A DNA stretch of 59,001 bases, filler included. It is 4 parts of 4 records of this genome, joined end to end, with 100 filler letters (N's around TTAATTAATTAA, not from the genome) between each part and the next. Parts side by side here need not be neighbours in the genome. Positions count along the whole stretch, not along the records: positions 39,582 to 51,150 come from SRR2962707_4752; positions 51,251 to 59,001 come from SRR2962707_4753; 2 more parts are not named here. One strand, 5' to 3'. The position numbers were made by a program, and so were the translations under genes. Under the pieces are notes generated by a model. The model did not search any database, had not been told where the DNA came from, and worked only from the letters and a program-made list of their open reading frames with translations. Positions 47,995-56,929 of this stretch are shown in pieces (position 1 is the stretch's first letter; every line of letters starts with the position of its first letter).

Positions 47995-48590
47995 CGGCAG
48001 CATCACCCAAAGGACGCGTATTGGTCCTTTTCGCCCATCCTTGCCCCGAAAGCTTTAATGCTGCGATGCATGACGTCGTCGTGCAAACGCTGACCAAATC
48101 GGGCTGGGACGTTGATGATTGCGACCTCAACAAAGAGGGGTTTCAGCCTGTCCTGACCGAGGTTGAACGGCGTGGTTACCACAAGGAACCCGAGAACATC
48201 GAACCTGTTCGGCCTTACGTTGAACGCGTCAAAGCGGCTGATGCTATTGTCATGGTTTTTCCGGTGTGGAATTTTGGGTACCCCGCGATCCTCAAGGGTT
48301 TCTTGGATCGTGTTTTCCTACCTGGCATTTCGTTCAAATTGGTCGATGGAAAGGTGCGGCCCGGCCTGACCAACATTAGGAAGCTATATGCCTGTACGAC
48401 ATATGGCGGCACCCGTTGGCGCGCCATCCAGAATGCAGATCCACCCCGCAAAACAGTGACCCGCGCGGTATGGTACGCCTGTGGCATGCCGCAGAAAAAA
48501 TACATCGGTCTTTATGATATGAACCGAAATTCCGAGGCGACGCTTAAGGCGCACCTTGAACGGGTTCGCCGCGAGATGGAGGCGTTTTAG
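47991..48590 (+). CDS. Flavodoxin-2 NAD(P)H:quinone oxidoreductase, paralogue 1
   Basis: AHPCPESFN and FPVWNFGYPAILKGFLDRV. Confidence 0.9.
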   Translation: MTAASPKGRVLVLFAHPCPESFNAAMHDVVVQTLTKSGWDVDDCDLNKEGFQPVLTEVERRGYHKEPENIEPVRPYVERVKAADAIVMVFPVWNFGYPAILKGFLDRVFLPGISFKLVDGKVRPGLTNIRKLYACTTYGGTRWRAIQNADPPRKTVTRAVWYACGMPQKKYIGLYDMNRNSEATLKAHLERVRREMEAF

Positions 48591-48592
48591 CA

Positions 48593-49192
48593 ATGAAAGC
48601 GCTGGTCGTGTACTGCCACCCCCGCGAAGGTTCCTTTAATGCTGCGATCTGCGATTTGGTCATTTCAGAGCTGAAGGCAAAGGGCGTCGAGTATCGCTTG
48701 CGTGATCTCTATGCGGAGCGGTTCGATCCAACGTTGTCCGCGCATGATCACGAGGTCTATGAGACAGTTCCCGAAAACCGTACGCGCGTGGATCGCGACT
48801 GTCGTGATCTGGAATGGTGTGACGCGCTGATCTTTATCTATCCGACGTGGTGGTACGGGTTGCCCGCAATGCTAAAGGGCTGGTTGGATCGTGTGATGGT
48901 TCCCGGGGTGTCGTTCATCATGCCCGATACCGATGGCGGACTAATCAAGCCAGGCCTGACGCATATTACAAAGCTGGGCGTTTTCACGACCTGTGGCGCG
49001 TCCCGATGGCTTACGTTCTTCGTCGGGGCACCGGGCAAACGTACGCTGTTGCGTGGGGTTCGTTTGCTGCTGGCAAAACGGTGCAGGACCAGGTTTGCAG
49101 CACATTTTTTGATGGACAGCTCCACGCCTCAAACCCGCGCAGCACATCTTGATGTTGTCAAAACCCGTCTTAACCAACTTATTCATGCGTAA
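48593..49192 (+). CDS. Flavodoxin-2 NAD(P)H:quinone oxidoreductase, paralogue 2
   Basis: CHPREGSFN and YPTWWYGLPAMLKGWLDRV. Confidence 0.9.
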   Translation: MKALVVYCHPREGSFNAAICDLVISELKAKGVEYRLRDLYAERFDPTLSAHDHEVYETVPENRTRVDRDCRDLEWCDALIFIYPTWWYGLPAMLKGWLDRVMVPGVSFIMPDTDGGLIKPGLTHITKLGVFTTCGASRWLTFFVGAPGKRTLLRGVRLLLAKRCRTRFAAHFLMDSSTPQTRAAHLDVVKTRLNQLIHA

Positions 49193-49210
49193 CGCACAGG
49201 AAATCTAACT

Positions 49211-50137
49211 ATGGACATACCTGTCTTAGACTGGAGCCGTTTTACGAGCGGCGATGACCCTGCAGGCCTTGCGGCTGATTTGGGTCAAGCCTGCCGAGAG
49301 ACCGGTTTTTTCGTCATCAAGGGACACGGTATTCCCGAAGATATGATCACGAATGTCTTTGCGATGGCCGACAGGTTCTTTGCGCTTTCCACTGCCGAAA
49401 AAGAGGAAATCGCCATATCGAAAAATCCGCATAATCGCGGGTGGGCGCAGTTGGGCAGCGAGGCGTTGGATGAAACATCCGGCCTGAAAGATCGCAAGGA
49501 AGCATTTAACGTCGGGTTCGACTTACCCCCCGATGATCCGCGCGTAATTGCGGGTGATCCGTTTCGGGGCGTGAACGTCTGGCCCAACGTGACTGGATTC
49601 AAGGACGTCATGCTAGAGTATTACGCCCGCGTCCTTACCCTTGGTCGCGCATTGCATCGCGCGTTCGAGACGGACTTGGGGCTGCCGCCTGGCTATTTCG
49701 AACCGCATTTCACCGAACCTATGGCGACTCTGCGGGTGTTGTCATACCCCGCCGCCCCGGATGGCAAGGGGATCGGCGCGGGGGCGCACAGCGATTACGG
49801 GTCGGTCACGCTATTGATGACCGATGGTGTTGCTGGCCTACAGGTCAAGCCGCGCGGGGGTGACTGGACGTCCGTGCCCCACATCAATGGCGCATTTATC
49901 GTCAACATCGGGGATTGTCTGATGCGCTGGTCCAACGACATCTACGTGTCGACCCCACACCGCGTATTGCCCCCCAAAACCGCCCGGCGATCTATCGCGT
50001 TCTTCCTTGATCCTAACCCCGACAGCGTCATCGCTGCGCTGCCAGGCACGGGACCCGCCAAACACTCACCCATAACGGGCGCGGACTATCTGCGCGCGCG
50101 CCTTGATGCCACCTACAAGCCGGAGCCTACACAATGA
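49211..50137 (+). CDS. 2-oxoglutarate/Fe(II) dioxygenase (isopenicillin N synthase family)
   Basis: GFF, HSDYG (HxD), STPHRV (His) and RRSIAFF (RxS). Confidence 0.92.
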   Translation: MDIPVLDWSRFTSGDDPAGLAADLGQACRETGFFVIKGHGIPEDMITNVFAMADRFFALSTAEKEEIAISKNPHNRGWAQLGSEALDETSGLKDRKEAFNVGFDLPPDDPRVIAGDPFRGVNVWPNVTGFKDVMLEYYARVLTLGRALHRAFETDLGLPPGYFEPHFTEPMATLRVLSYPAAPDGKGIGAGAHSDYGSVTLLMTDGVAGLQVKPRGGDWTSVPHINGAFIVNIGDCLMRWSNDIYVSTPHRVLPPKTARRSIAFFLDPNPDSVIAALPGTGPAKHSPITGADYLRARLDATYKPEPTQ

Positions 50138-50925
50138 GACGCCTAGACTGGTCCGAATTCCGCACAACAGAATTCGCCGATTTCGACCCCGAAAAAACCA
50201 TCGCAATTTTGCCCACTGCCGCCATCGAACAGCACGGGCCGCACCTGCCTGTCGGGGTGGACACGTTCATCAACAAAGGGATGCTTGCCCGCCTACGCGA
50301 GACTTTGCCCGATGACATCACTGTTCTGATCCTTCCTGTTCAGGCTGTCGGTAAATCCAACGAACACATCCACGCCAAAGGCACGCTGACGTATACCGCC
50401 AAAACAGCACTCGACGCATGGACGGAAATCGGCCTGTCCGTGGCGCGCGCCGGCATCAAAAAGATGGTGATCGTCAATTCCCATGGCGGTAACCTTGATC
50501 TGATTTCCATTCTGGGCCGCGAGTTGCGGGTGCAGGCAGGTATGATGGTGGTTAAGTGCCAATGGGGCAATTTTGGCAAACCCGAAGGGATGTTTTCCGA
50601 TCAAGAGAACAAATTCGGGATCCATGGCGGTGACTATGAAACCTCGTTGATGCTACATTTCAAACCTCACCTTGTGGACATGGCGCAGGCCAAAGATTTC
50701 CGTTCAACCGCAGAAACCGCGCCCATCTCGCCGATTGGGCCCGTTAATCTTGCCTGGGTTTCCAAAGACCTGAACGTGGCCGGCACCGTTGGCGAAGCTC
50801 ACCTTGCCACGGCCCAAAAAGGAAAAGCAACCTGTGAACTTCAGGTGGCGGGTTTCATCGACATGTTGGCGAATTTGCGTGATCTCCCGACAGATGGGTA
50901 TGCCCGCACAATCCCGGAGAGTTGA
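50134..50925 (+). CDS. Creatininase-family cyclic amide hydrolase
   Basis: EQHGPHLPVGVD, SNEH, NSHGGN and HGGDYETS. Confidence 0.92.
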   Translation: MRRLDWSEFRTTEFADFDPEKTIAILPTAAIEQHGPHLPVGVDTFINKGMLARLRETLPDDITVLILPVQAVGKSNEHIHAKGTLTYTAKTALDAWTEIGLSVARAGIKKMVIVNSHGGNLDLISILGRELRVQAGMMVVKCQWGNFGKPEGMFSDQENKFGIHGGDYETSLMLHFKPHLVDMAQAKDFRSTAETAPISPIGPVNLAWVSKDLNVAGTVGEAHLATAQKGKATCELQVAGFIDMLANLRDLPTDGYARTIPES

Positions 50926-51120
50926 ACCGCAAAATTGCGCCTTCGCGGTATGTCTGGTCAAACCCTCGTGCGCACTGAATGCTGTAATGAGGGACCGAAT
51001 GCGAATGACAGATTCACGCCCATCCCGATGATCTCGGCAGTCGGCCCAAAGCCACCGCCCGAGCCAAGGGCACCCGTGTGAGTTCTAATAATGGTGGGAT
51101 CTCTTTGTTTTATGTATAGC

Positions 51121-51150
51121 TGTTGGATGTCACTTAAAACTGACCCGGTA
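51121..51150. mobile_element. Terminal inverted repeat of a probable IS21-family insertion sequence at the contig end
   Basis: TGTTGGATGTCACTTAAAACTGACCC resembles IS21-family ends (TG-initial, ...AAAA(C/T)TGACCC, as recalled for IS1326); the contig breaks right after it. Confidence 0.65.
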
Positions 51151-51250
51151 NNNNNNNNNNNNNNNNNNNNNNNNNNNNNNNNNNNNNNNNNNNNTTAATT
51201 AATTAANNNNNNNNNNNNNNNNNNNNNNNNNNNNNNNNNNNNNNNNNNNN
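51151..51250. other. Artificial contig spacer
   Basis: 44 N + TTAATTAATTAA + 44 N. Confidence 0.98.
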
Positions 51251-51301
51251 CTCGCTGACGCCACCCCAACGCTCCCTGGCATTACGGCAATTATCCAACA
51301 T
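51251..51301 (-). CDS. rsd: Rsd/AlgQ anti-sigma70 regulator, N-terminal fragment
   Basis: Manual translation MLDNCRNARERWGGVSE with GGAG RBS; lies downstream of dsbB as in pseudomonads; not in the ORF track. Confidence 0.85.
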
Positions 51302-51342
51302 GACGCCTATCTCCGGTTACCGCGTTCTGGTTTGATTTCTGT

Positions 51343-51374
51343 TGTATCGAAACTCAAGTGTATCGAAACTCAAG
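51343..51374. repeat. Exact 16-bp tandem duplication
   Basis: TGTATCGAAACTCAAG x2 in the dsbB-rsd intergenic region. Confidence 0.9.
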
Positions 51375-51406
51375 TTACCCCATGCCAGCGGTCGGTCGCA
51401 ACCGTT

Positions 51407-51913
51407 TCATCCCTGTATCCATTCCGGCTTTCTTGGGGGCCGGAACAGCATCACCAGGCCGACAATCACCAGCAACAAGAAAAAGATGGCCGTCCAGCCA
51501 GGAATACTGAGCCCCAGGAAACGCCAGGTCACTTCGGCGCAATCGCCCGTGCCTTTCAGCGCCGTGGTCAACACCTCCATCCAGGGCAACACATCCAGCA
51601 TGTAATCCACCGATGGCCCGCAGGCCGGCACCTGATCCGCCGGCAGGCTTTGAAGCCACAGTTGTCGGCCCGCCATCGCCAGGCCAGCACCGGCGCTGAC
51701 AGACAACAATAACCCATAGACCCTTGCACCGAACCCATGGGGGCCATGGAGCGCTGCCAGGAGGCTGACGATGCCAGCGGCCATAAAACCGAATCGCTGC
51801 AGCCAACACAGAGGACAGGGCTCCAACCCCATAACGTGCTCCATGTAGAAGGCCACGCCAAGCAGCCCGGCGCACAGCAGGAATATCAGAAAGAAAACGG
51901 CTCTGGAGTTCAA
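51407..51913 (-). CDS. dsbB: Disulfide bond formation protein B
   Basis: LEPCPLCWLQR, VPACGP and GTGDCAEV; four TM helices; TTG start. Confidence 0.95.
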   Translation of the reverse strand: MNSRAVFFLIFLLCAGLLGVAFYMEHVMGLEPCPLCWLQRFGFMAAGIVSLLAALHGPHGFGARVYGLLLSVSAGAGLAMAGRQLWLQSLPADQVPACGPSVDYMLDVLPWMEVLTTALKGTGDCAEVTWRFLGLSIPGWTAIFFLLLVIVGLVMLFRPPRKPEWIQG

Positions 51914-52074
51914 AGGGGTACCTCGGGTTAACGTTCAGGTCAGTCTGTCGCCCGCCTTGGGCGGTAAAGCATCGGATGCTGCAACCGCGCATCGAGCCTG
52001 CTATTCTCCCAGCATCAGGTGGCGGCTGCGTGCGCCCAGCCACTTAACCTTAAACCAATACGAACTTCAAGCCT

Positions 52075-52527
52075 ATGACACTTAAGCCAAAGTACCTTCT
52101 GCTGGCCCTGTTTTTTGCCTTTCCCCTGGCTCCAACCGCCTTTGCCCAAGAGGAAGAAGGGGGAGACGAGACACAGGAAGAGCAGGAAAAGGAACCAGCC
52201 ATCACGGACTACATCGAAATGGATCCGCCCTTTGTCACCCACGTGGGGGACCCGGGCACCAAACTGACCTATCTCAAGGCAGCGGTTACCATCAGGGCGT
52301 CGAAGGAAACCACCCGTCCGGCGGTGGAGGCACACATGCCCAGGCTACGTCATGAGCTGGTGATGCTGTTCGGGGAGCAGACTGACGCGGAACAGCTGTC
52401 CTCGACAGAGGGACAGCAGTCGCTGCGTGAAGAGGCCACGAAGAGAATAAACACGGCCCTGGAAGAGCAACAGACCGGTGAGAGCATTACCGGTGTGCTG
52501 TTTACGGAGTTCGTTGTACAGAAGTAA
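52075..52527 (+). CDS. fliL: Stand-alone FliL-family protein
   Basis: PPFVT, HMPRLRHELVMLF, EGQQSLREEA and VLFTEFVVQ. Confidence 0.8.
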   Translation: MTLKPKYLLLALFFAFPLAPTAFAQEEEGGDETQEEQEKEPAITDYIEMDPPFVTHVGDPGTKLTYLKAAVTIRASKETTRPAVEAHMPRLRHELVMLFGEQTDAEQLSSTEGQQSLREEATKRINTALEEQQTGESITGVLFTEFVVQK

Positions 52528-52563
52528 TACAACGGCCGGGTGAGCAGGCGGCAAGCACAGGTA

Positions 52564-52776
52564 TCAGGCGATGCGGGAGAACAGGTCGTCGACCGGCCGC
52601 GCCTCATTGGTAACCTGTTCAGCGTCTTCCCATCCTGCTTCCCAGGCGGCAACAACAACTTCTCCGCGATAGGGACAGCGGCTGCGTTCCATGCCCATAG
52701 AGGCGGCCATATAGCCCTGGCGATAGGCTTTATTCAGGGACTCAACATCCCACCCTAACTTGATGTCTCTGGCCAT
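52564..52776 (-). CDS. Ribosome modulation factor-like protein (divergent)
   Basis: AYRQGY-A---G-----CPY--------WEAGWEDA matches the RMF pattern; GGGAG RBS before ATG 52776. Confidence 0.75.
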   Translation of the reverse strand: MARDIKLGWDVESLNKAYRQGYMAASMGMERSRCPYRGEVVVAAWEAGWEDAEQVTNEARPVDDLFSRIA

Positions 52777-52908
52777 ACCGGTTCTCCCTTTACCTGTAGC
52801 CACCATCAGATGCTGTCACTCTGCTTACAGAAATTAACAGCGCTAACCGAAGCTGACAAACGTTAATTACGTTTCTGTGCGACAGGTCCGGGGAGAGTGT
52901 GACGCCCG

Positions 52909-52929
52909 ACCGGGAGGGGCACTCCCGGT
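52909..52929 (-). terminator. Hairpin directly after the gshA stop
   Basis: ACCGGGAG / CTCCCGGT 8-bp stem; no clear U tail. Confidence 0.4.
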
Positions 52930-54483
52930 TCAGGATTGCAGGTATTGCTCCAGGAATTCTCCGAATGGCTGGTTTTCGGCTTGCTCCATTTCATCCTGCT
53001 CGGAAAGCGAATCAGCGGTCATTTTGTCAAACGCCGCCATCACATCCGGCGACAGCCCTTCCCCTCGCAGCGTTTGCTGGTGCTGCCTGGACATTTCCAG
53101 CCCCCATTCCCGATGACCCATGCCGGAAGCCTCCATGGCTTCAAGCACCTTCGCTGAAGGTAACTCACGCGGATCGTCGAGCTTGGCACGCTGGTCATCC
53201 AGCGCTCGCCGATAGGTGGAATCTCCGTTCAAGCTGTCCAACTGTTCTGCAAGGGGGGCAAGACGGTCCATCAGGGCAATGGCAGCGTCACCGACCCGGC
53301 CGCGTTCACCGGAGCGACAGATCGTCAGGTCCGGATTCCGGCCCCTAGCCACCACATCCTGGTAATTGTCATCCAGGCGATCGCATTCGTCATCGTCAAT
53401 TCGGGGGCTGTCTGACAGCAGGCAATCCAGCAGGAACAGGTCAAGAAAATCGATCTGGCTTTCGTTAACGCCAACCGGGGAGAACGGATCCAGGTCCAGG
53501 CAACGCACCTCAATGTACTCCACGCCCCGTGACTCCAGGGCTTGTATCGGCTTTTCCCCACGCTCGGTGGTGCGCTTTGGCCGCACGGCGCTGTAGTACT
53601 CGTTCTCAATCTGCAGCACGCTGGTGTTGATCTGGATGAATTCGCCGTCGCGCCGGGTTCCCATCTTTTCGTAAGCTGGCCACGGGGTATGAATCGCCCT
53701 GAACAGAGTGTCGGTATAGGTCTTCAGTTCATTGAAACAGATATTCAGCGATGCCTGAGCGTTGTTGTGATAGCCCAGGTCGCCCATGCGCAGCGATGTG
53801 GCCTCGCGGCCATACCAGGTATCATCGCCGAACCTGCTCAGGTCATGACGTACACCCGCCACAAAGCTGGCATCCAGCGCCGGAGAAGCGCCGAACAGCA
53901 GCATCAGCATCCAGCTGCGACGACGGAAATTGCGGATCAGCCAGAAATACTGGTCCGACTTGAAGTCCTGCAGGCTTTGTTGGTTACCAAGGGCGTCCTG
54001 CCAAAGCCTCCAGAAACTGTCAGGCAGCGACAGGTTGTAGTGGGCGCCAGCAATGCTTTGCATCATGCGACCGTAACGCACGGCCAGCCCCTGGCGATAC
54101 ACATGCTTCAGGCGACCGATATTGGCAGTGCCATACTCGGCAATGGGAATGCTCGCGTCGCCGTCCAGCTCACACGGCATACTCGCGGCCCAGAACACCT
54201 CATCCCCAAGATTGCACTGAACGAAGCGATGGGTATCCCGGAGCGAATCGAGCATCCCTCGCGTGGTATCGAACACCGGGGTAATCAGCTCCAACAAAGC
54301 TTCGGAGTAATCCGTGGTGATACGGGGATGAGTCAGTGTGGAACCCAGCGAGCGGGGGTGCGGAGTCTGTGCGATAAAGCCGTTGCGATCGACCCGCAGG
54401 CCTTCTTTCTCAACGCCTTTTCGAAATCCGGCCCATTGGTTGGCCGTGAACTGCTGAAAAAGCTGATGGCGGGATTCACCCAT
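52930..54483 (-). CDS. gshA: Glutamate--cysteine ligase
   Basis: GVEKEGLR, ITTDYSEALLELITP, SMPC, LFGASP, SLRMGDLGY, LQIENEYY and YIEVRCLD. Confidence 0.97.
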   Translation of the reverse strand: MGESRHQLFQQFTANQWAGFRKGVEKEGLRVDRNGFIAQTPHPRSLGSTLTHPRITTDYSEALLELITPVFDTTRGMLDSLRDTHRFVQCNLGDEVFWAASMPCELDGDASIPIAEYGTANIGRLKHVYRQGLAVRYGRMMQSIAGAHYNLSLPDSFWRLWQDALGNQQSLQDFKSDQYFWLIRNFRRRSWMLMLLFGASPALDASFVAGVRHDLSRFGDDTWYGREATSLRMGDLGYHNNAQASLNICFNELKTYTDTLFRAIHTPWPAYEKMGTRRDGEFIQINTSVLQIENEYYSAVRPKRTTERGEKPIQALESRGVEYIEVRCLDLDPFSPVGVNESQIDFLDLFLLDCLLSDSPRIDDDECDRLDDNYQDVVARGRNPDLTICRSGERGRVGDAAIALMDRLAPLAEQLDSLNGDSTYRRALDDQRAKLDDPRELPSAKVLEAMEASGMGHREWGLEMSRQHQQTLRGEGLSPDVMAAFDKMTADSLSEQDEMEQAENQPFGEFLEQYLQS

Positions 54484-54499
54484 GAATGACTCCTGCTTG

Positions 54500-54528
54500 A
54501 ATGGCCGCCGGGAACACCGGCGGCCATT
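54500..54528. other. Stem-loop between tex and gshA
   Basis: Perfect 12-bp stem AATGGCCGCCGG / CCGGCGGCCATT just upstream of the gshA RBS. Confidence 0.6.
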
Positions 54529-54551
54529 ACGGTAGTGTGTAGCGGCGCGGG

Positions 54552-56882
54552 TTAACGGCCGTCTTTGCGGGCCGACGCCAGAGCCTGTGCCAGCGCTCCG
54601 GCCATGGCACCCTTTTGCCCGCTGTCTGCGCCCTTGTGGCGGTCATTTCTTGCGGAAGGTTTGCCACCTTTACTGCTGGAGCCGGCGCGGTTGTCGGATT
54701 TCTCCCCGGGCTGGTCATCCATACGCATGGAAAGCGCAATCCGCTTTCTCGGGATATCAACGTCCATCACTTTCACCTTGACGATATCCCCTGCCTTGAC
54801 CACTTCCCTCGGATCTTTAACGAAGGTATTCGACAACGCAGAGATATGCACAAGGCCATCCTGATGGACGCCGATGTCCACGAACGCGCCGAAGTTGGTC
54901 ACGTTGGTGACCGACCCTTCCAGCACCATGCCCGGCTTCAGGTCATTGAGGGTTTCCACTCCCTCCTCGAAGCTGGCAAAGCGGAACTCCGGCCGGGGGT
55001 CACGGCCCGGCTTTTCCAATTCCGTAATAATATCCTTTATGGTCGGCAGACCAAACTGTTCGGTGACATAGTCCTGCGGGTTCAACGAGCGCAGGAAATC
55101 GGCGTCGCCGACGATACCTTCAATCTTGCGATTGTTCTGGCGGGCAATAGCCTCAACCACACCATAGGCTTCCGGGTGCACCGACGAGCGGTCCAGCGGA
55201 TTGTCGCCCCCCGCAATGCGAAGGAAACCGGCCGACTGCTCAAAGGTACGATCACCAAGGCGGGACACTTTAAGCAACTGCCTGCGATCACGAAACACGC
55301 CATTCTGGTTACGAAAATCGACGATGTTCTGGGCAATACTCTGGTTCAGGCCGGACACCCGTGCCAGCAGGGGGATGGATGCGGTGTTGAGATCCACACC
55401 AACACCGTTAACACAGTCCTCCACCACGGCATCCAGGCTGCGGGCCAGCTGCACCTGAGACACGTCGTGCTGGTACTGCCCCACACCGATGGACTTGGGT
55501 TCGATCTTCACCATTTCCGCCAATGGGTCCTGCAATCGGCGGGCGATGGAGACCGCCCCGCGAATGGTCACGTCCAGGTCCGGCAGTTCGCGGGAGGCGA
55601 ATTCAGAGGCGGAATAGATCGAAGCACCGGATTCGCTGACCACAATCCGCGCCAGCTTCAGCTCCGGGTAACGCTTGCTCAGGTCCGCGACCAGCTTTTC
55701 GGTTTCGCGGGAGGCCGTACCGTTACCAATGGCCACCAGTTCAATGCGGTACTGCCGACACCAGCTCGCCAACTGTTCAATGGACTGATCCCACTGGTTG
55801 CGGGGCGCGTGCGGGAAAATACCACCGTGCCCCACCACCTGGCCGGTGCCGTCGATGATGGCAACCTTCACACCGGTGCGCAGGCCGGGGTCCAGCCCCA
55901 GTGTGGCGCGGGGGCCCGCCGGCGCCAGTAACAGCAGATCCTTGAGGTTGGCGGCAAACACATTGATGGCCTCGGTTTCTGCCGCTTCCCGCACCTGGGC
56001 CATAAGGTCGGTTTCGATCTGGGTGGACAGCTTTACGCGCCAGGTCCAGCGCACCACTTCCGACAACCAGCGGTCGGCCGCACGGCCGTTGTCACGGATA
56101 TGCCAGCGCGCGGCAATACGCTGTTCCGCCGGATGGGGCTGGCGACGGTCGTCTTCCGCATCGCCAACCACAATGGAGTAGGTAAGCACGCCTTCATTGC
56201 GCCCCCGGAGGATGGCAAGCGCACGATGGGATGGCACCTTTTTCAGTGGCTCGACATGGTCGAAGTAGTCGCGGAACTTGGCACCTTCATTTTCCTTGCC
56301 GTCCACCACGGTGACCTTGAGCTGCCCCTGCTGCCAGATAAAGTCACGCAGCTCACCCAGGAGTTCCGCATCCTCGGCAAAGCGTTCCATCAGAATGTAG
56401 CGGGCACCATCAAGCGCGGCCTTGGTGTCGGTAACACCGGCCTCATCATTGATATAGCCTTCCGCTGTGCTCTCTGGCTCCAGCGTGGGGTCGTCATACA
56501 GGGCATCGGCCAGGGGCTCCAGACCGGCTTCACGGGCAATCTGCGCTTTGGTTCGGCGCTTGGGCTTATACGGCAGGTAGAGGTCTTCGAGGCGGTTCTT
56601 GGTGTCCGCCGAATCGATGCTGGCACGCAGTTCATCGGTCAGCTTGCCCTGCTCCTCAATGCTGTTGAGGATCGTGGAACGACGGTCTTCCAGCTCTCGC
56701 AGATAACGCAGGCGGTCTTCCAGGGACCGTAACTGGCTGTCATCGAGCGAACCGGTGACTTCCTTGCGATAACGGGCAATAAAAGGAACGGTGGCGCCAC
56801 CGTCCAGCATTTCAACGGTGGCATTCACCTGCTGTTCACGAACACCCAGTTCGTCAGCAATGCGCCTGATGATACTGTTCAT
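54552..56882 (-). CDS. tex: Tex-family RNA-binding transcription accessory protein (YhgF)
   Basis: [27 protein letters not shown] and S1 domain [18 protein letters not shown]. Confidence 0.97.
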   Translation of the reverse strand: MNSIIRRIADELGVREQQVNATVEMLDGGATVPFIARYRKEVTGSLDDSQLRSLEDRLRYLRELEDRRSTILNSIEEQGKLTDELRASIDSADTKNRLEDLYLPYKPKRRTKAQIAREAGLEPLADALYDDPTLEPESTAEGYINDEAGVTDTKAALDGARYILMERFAEDAELLGELRDFIWQQGQLKVTVVDGKENEGAKFRDYFDHVEPLKKVPSHRALAILRGRNEGVLTYSIVVGDAEDDRRQPHPAEQRIAARWHIRDNGRAADRWLSEVVRWTWRVKLSTQIETDLMAQVREAAETEAINVFAANLKDLLLLAPAGPRATLGLDPGLRTGVKVAIIDGTGQVVGHGGIFPHAPRNQWDQSIEQLASWCRQYRIELVAIGNGTASRETEKLVADLSKRYPELKLARIVVSESGASIYSASEFASRELPDLDVTIRGAVSIARRLQDPLAEMVKIEPKSIGVGQYQHDVSQVQLARSLDAVVEDCVNGVGVDLNTASIPLLARVSGLNQSIAQNIVDFRNQNGVFRDRRQLLKVSRLGDRTFEQSAGFLRIAGGDNPLDRSSVHPEAYGVVEAIARQNNRKIEGIVGDADFLRSLNPQDYVTEQFGLPTIKDIITELEKPGRDPRPEFRFASFEEGVETLNDLKPGMVLEGSVTNVTNFGAFVDIGVHQDGLVHISALSNTFVKDPREVVKAGDIVKVKVMDVDIPRKRIALSMRMDDQPGEKSDNRAGSSSKGGKPSARNDRHKGADSGQKGAMAGALAQALASARKDGR

Positions 56883-56929
56883 GCAACCTCATCTGATGCT
56901 TACGAGTCAAAGCGCAAAGGTACAGCGGC

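Noticed and set aside
51343-51374. Possible CRISPR remnant
   Set aside because: Only two adjacent 16-bp units, no spacers and no cas genes; no CRISPR array seen elsewhere in the window
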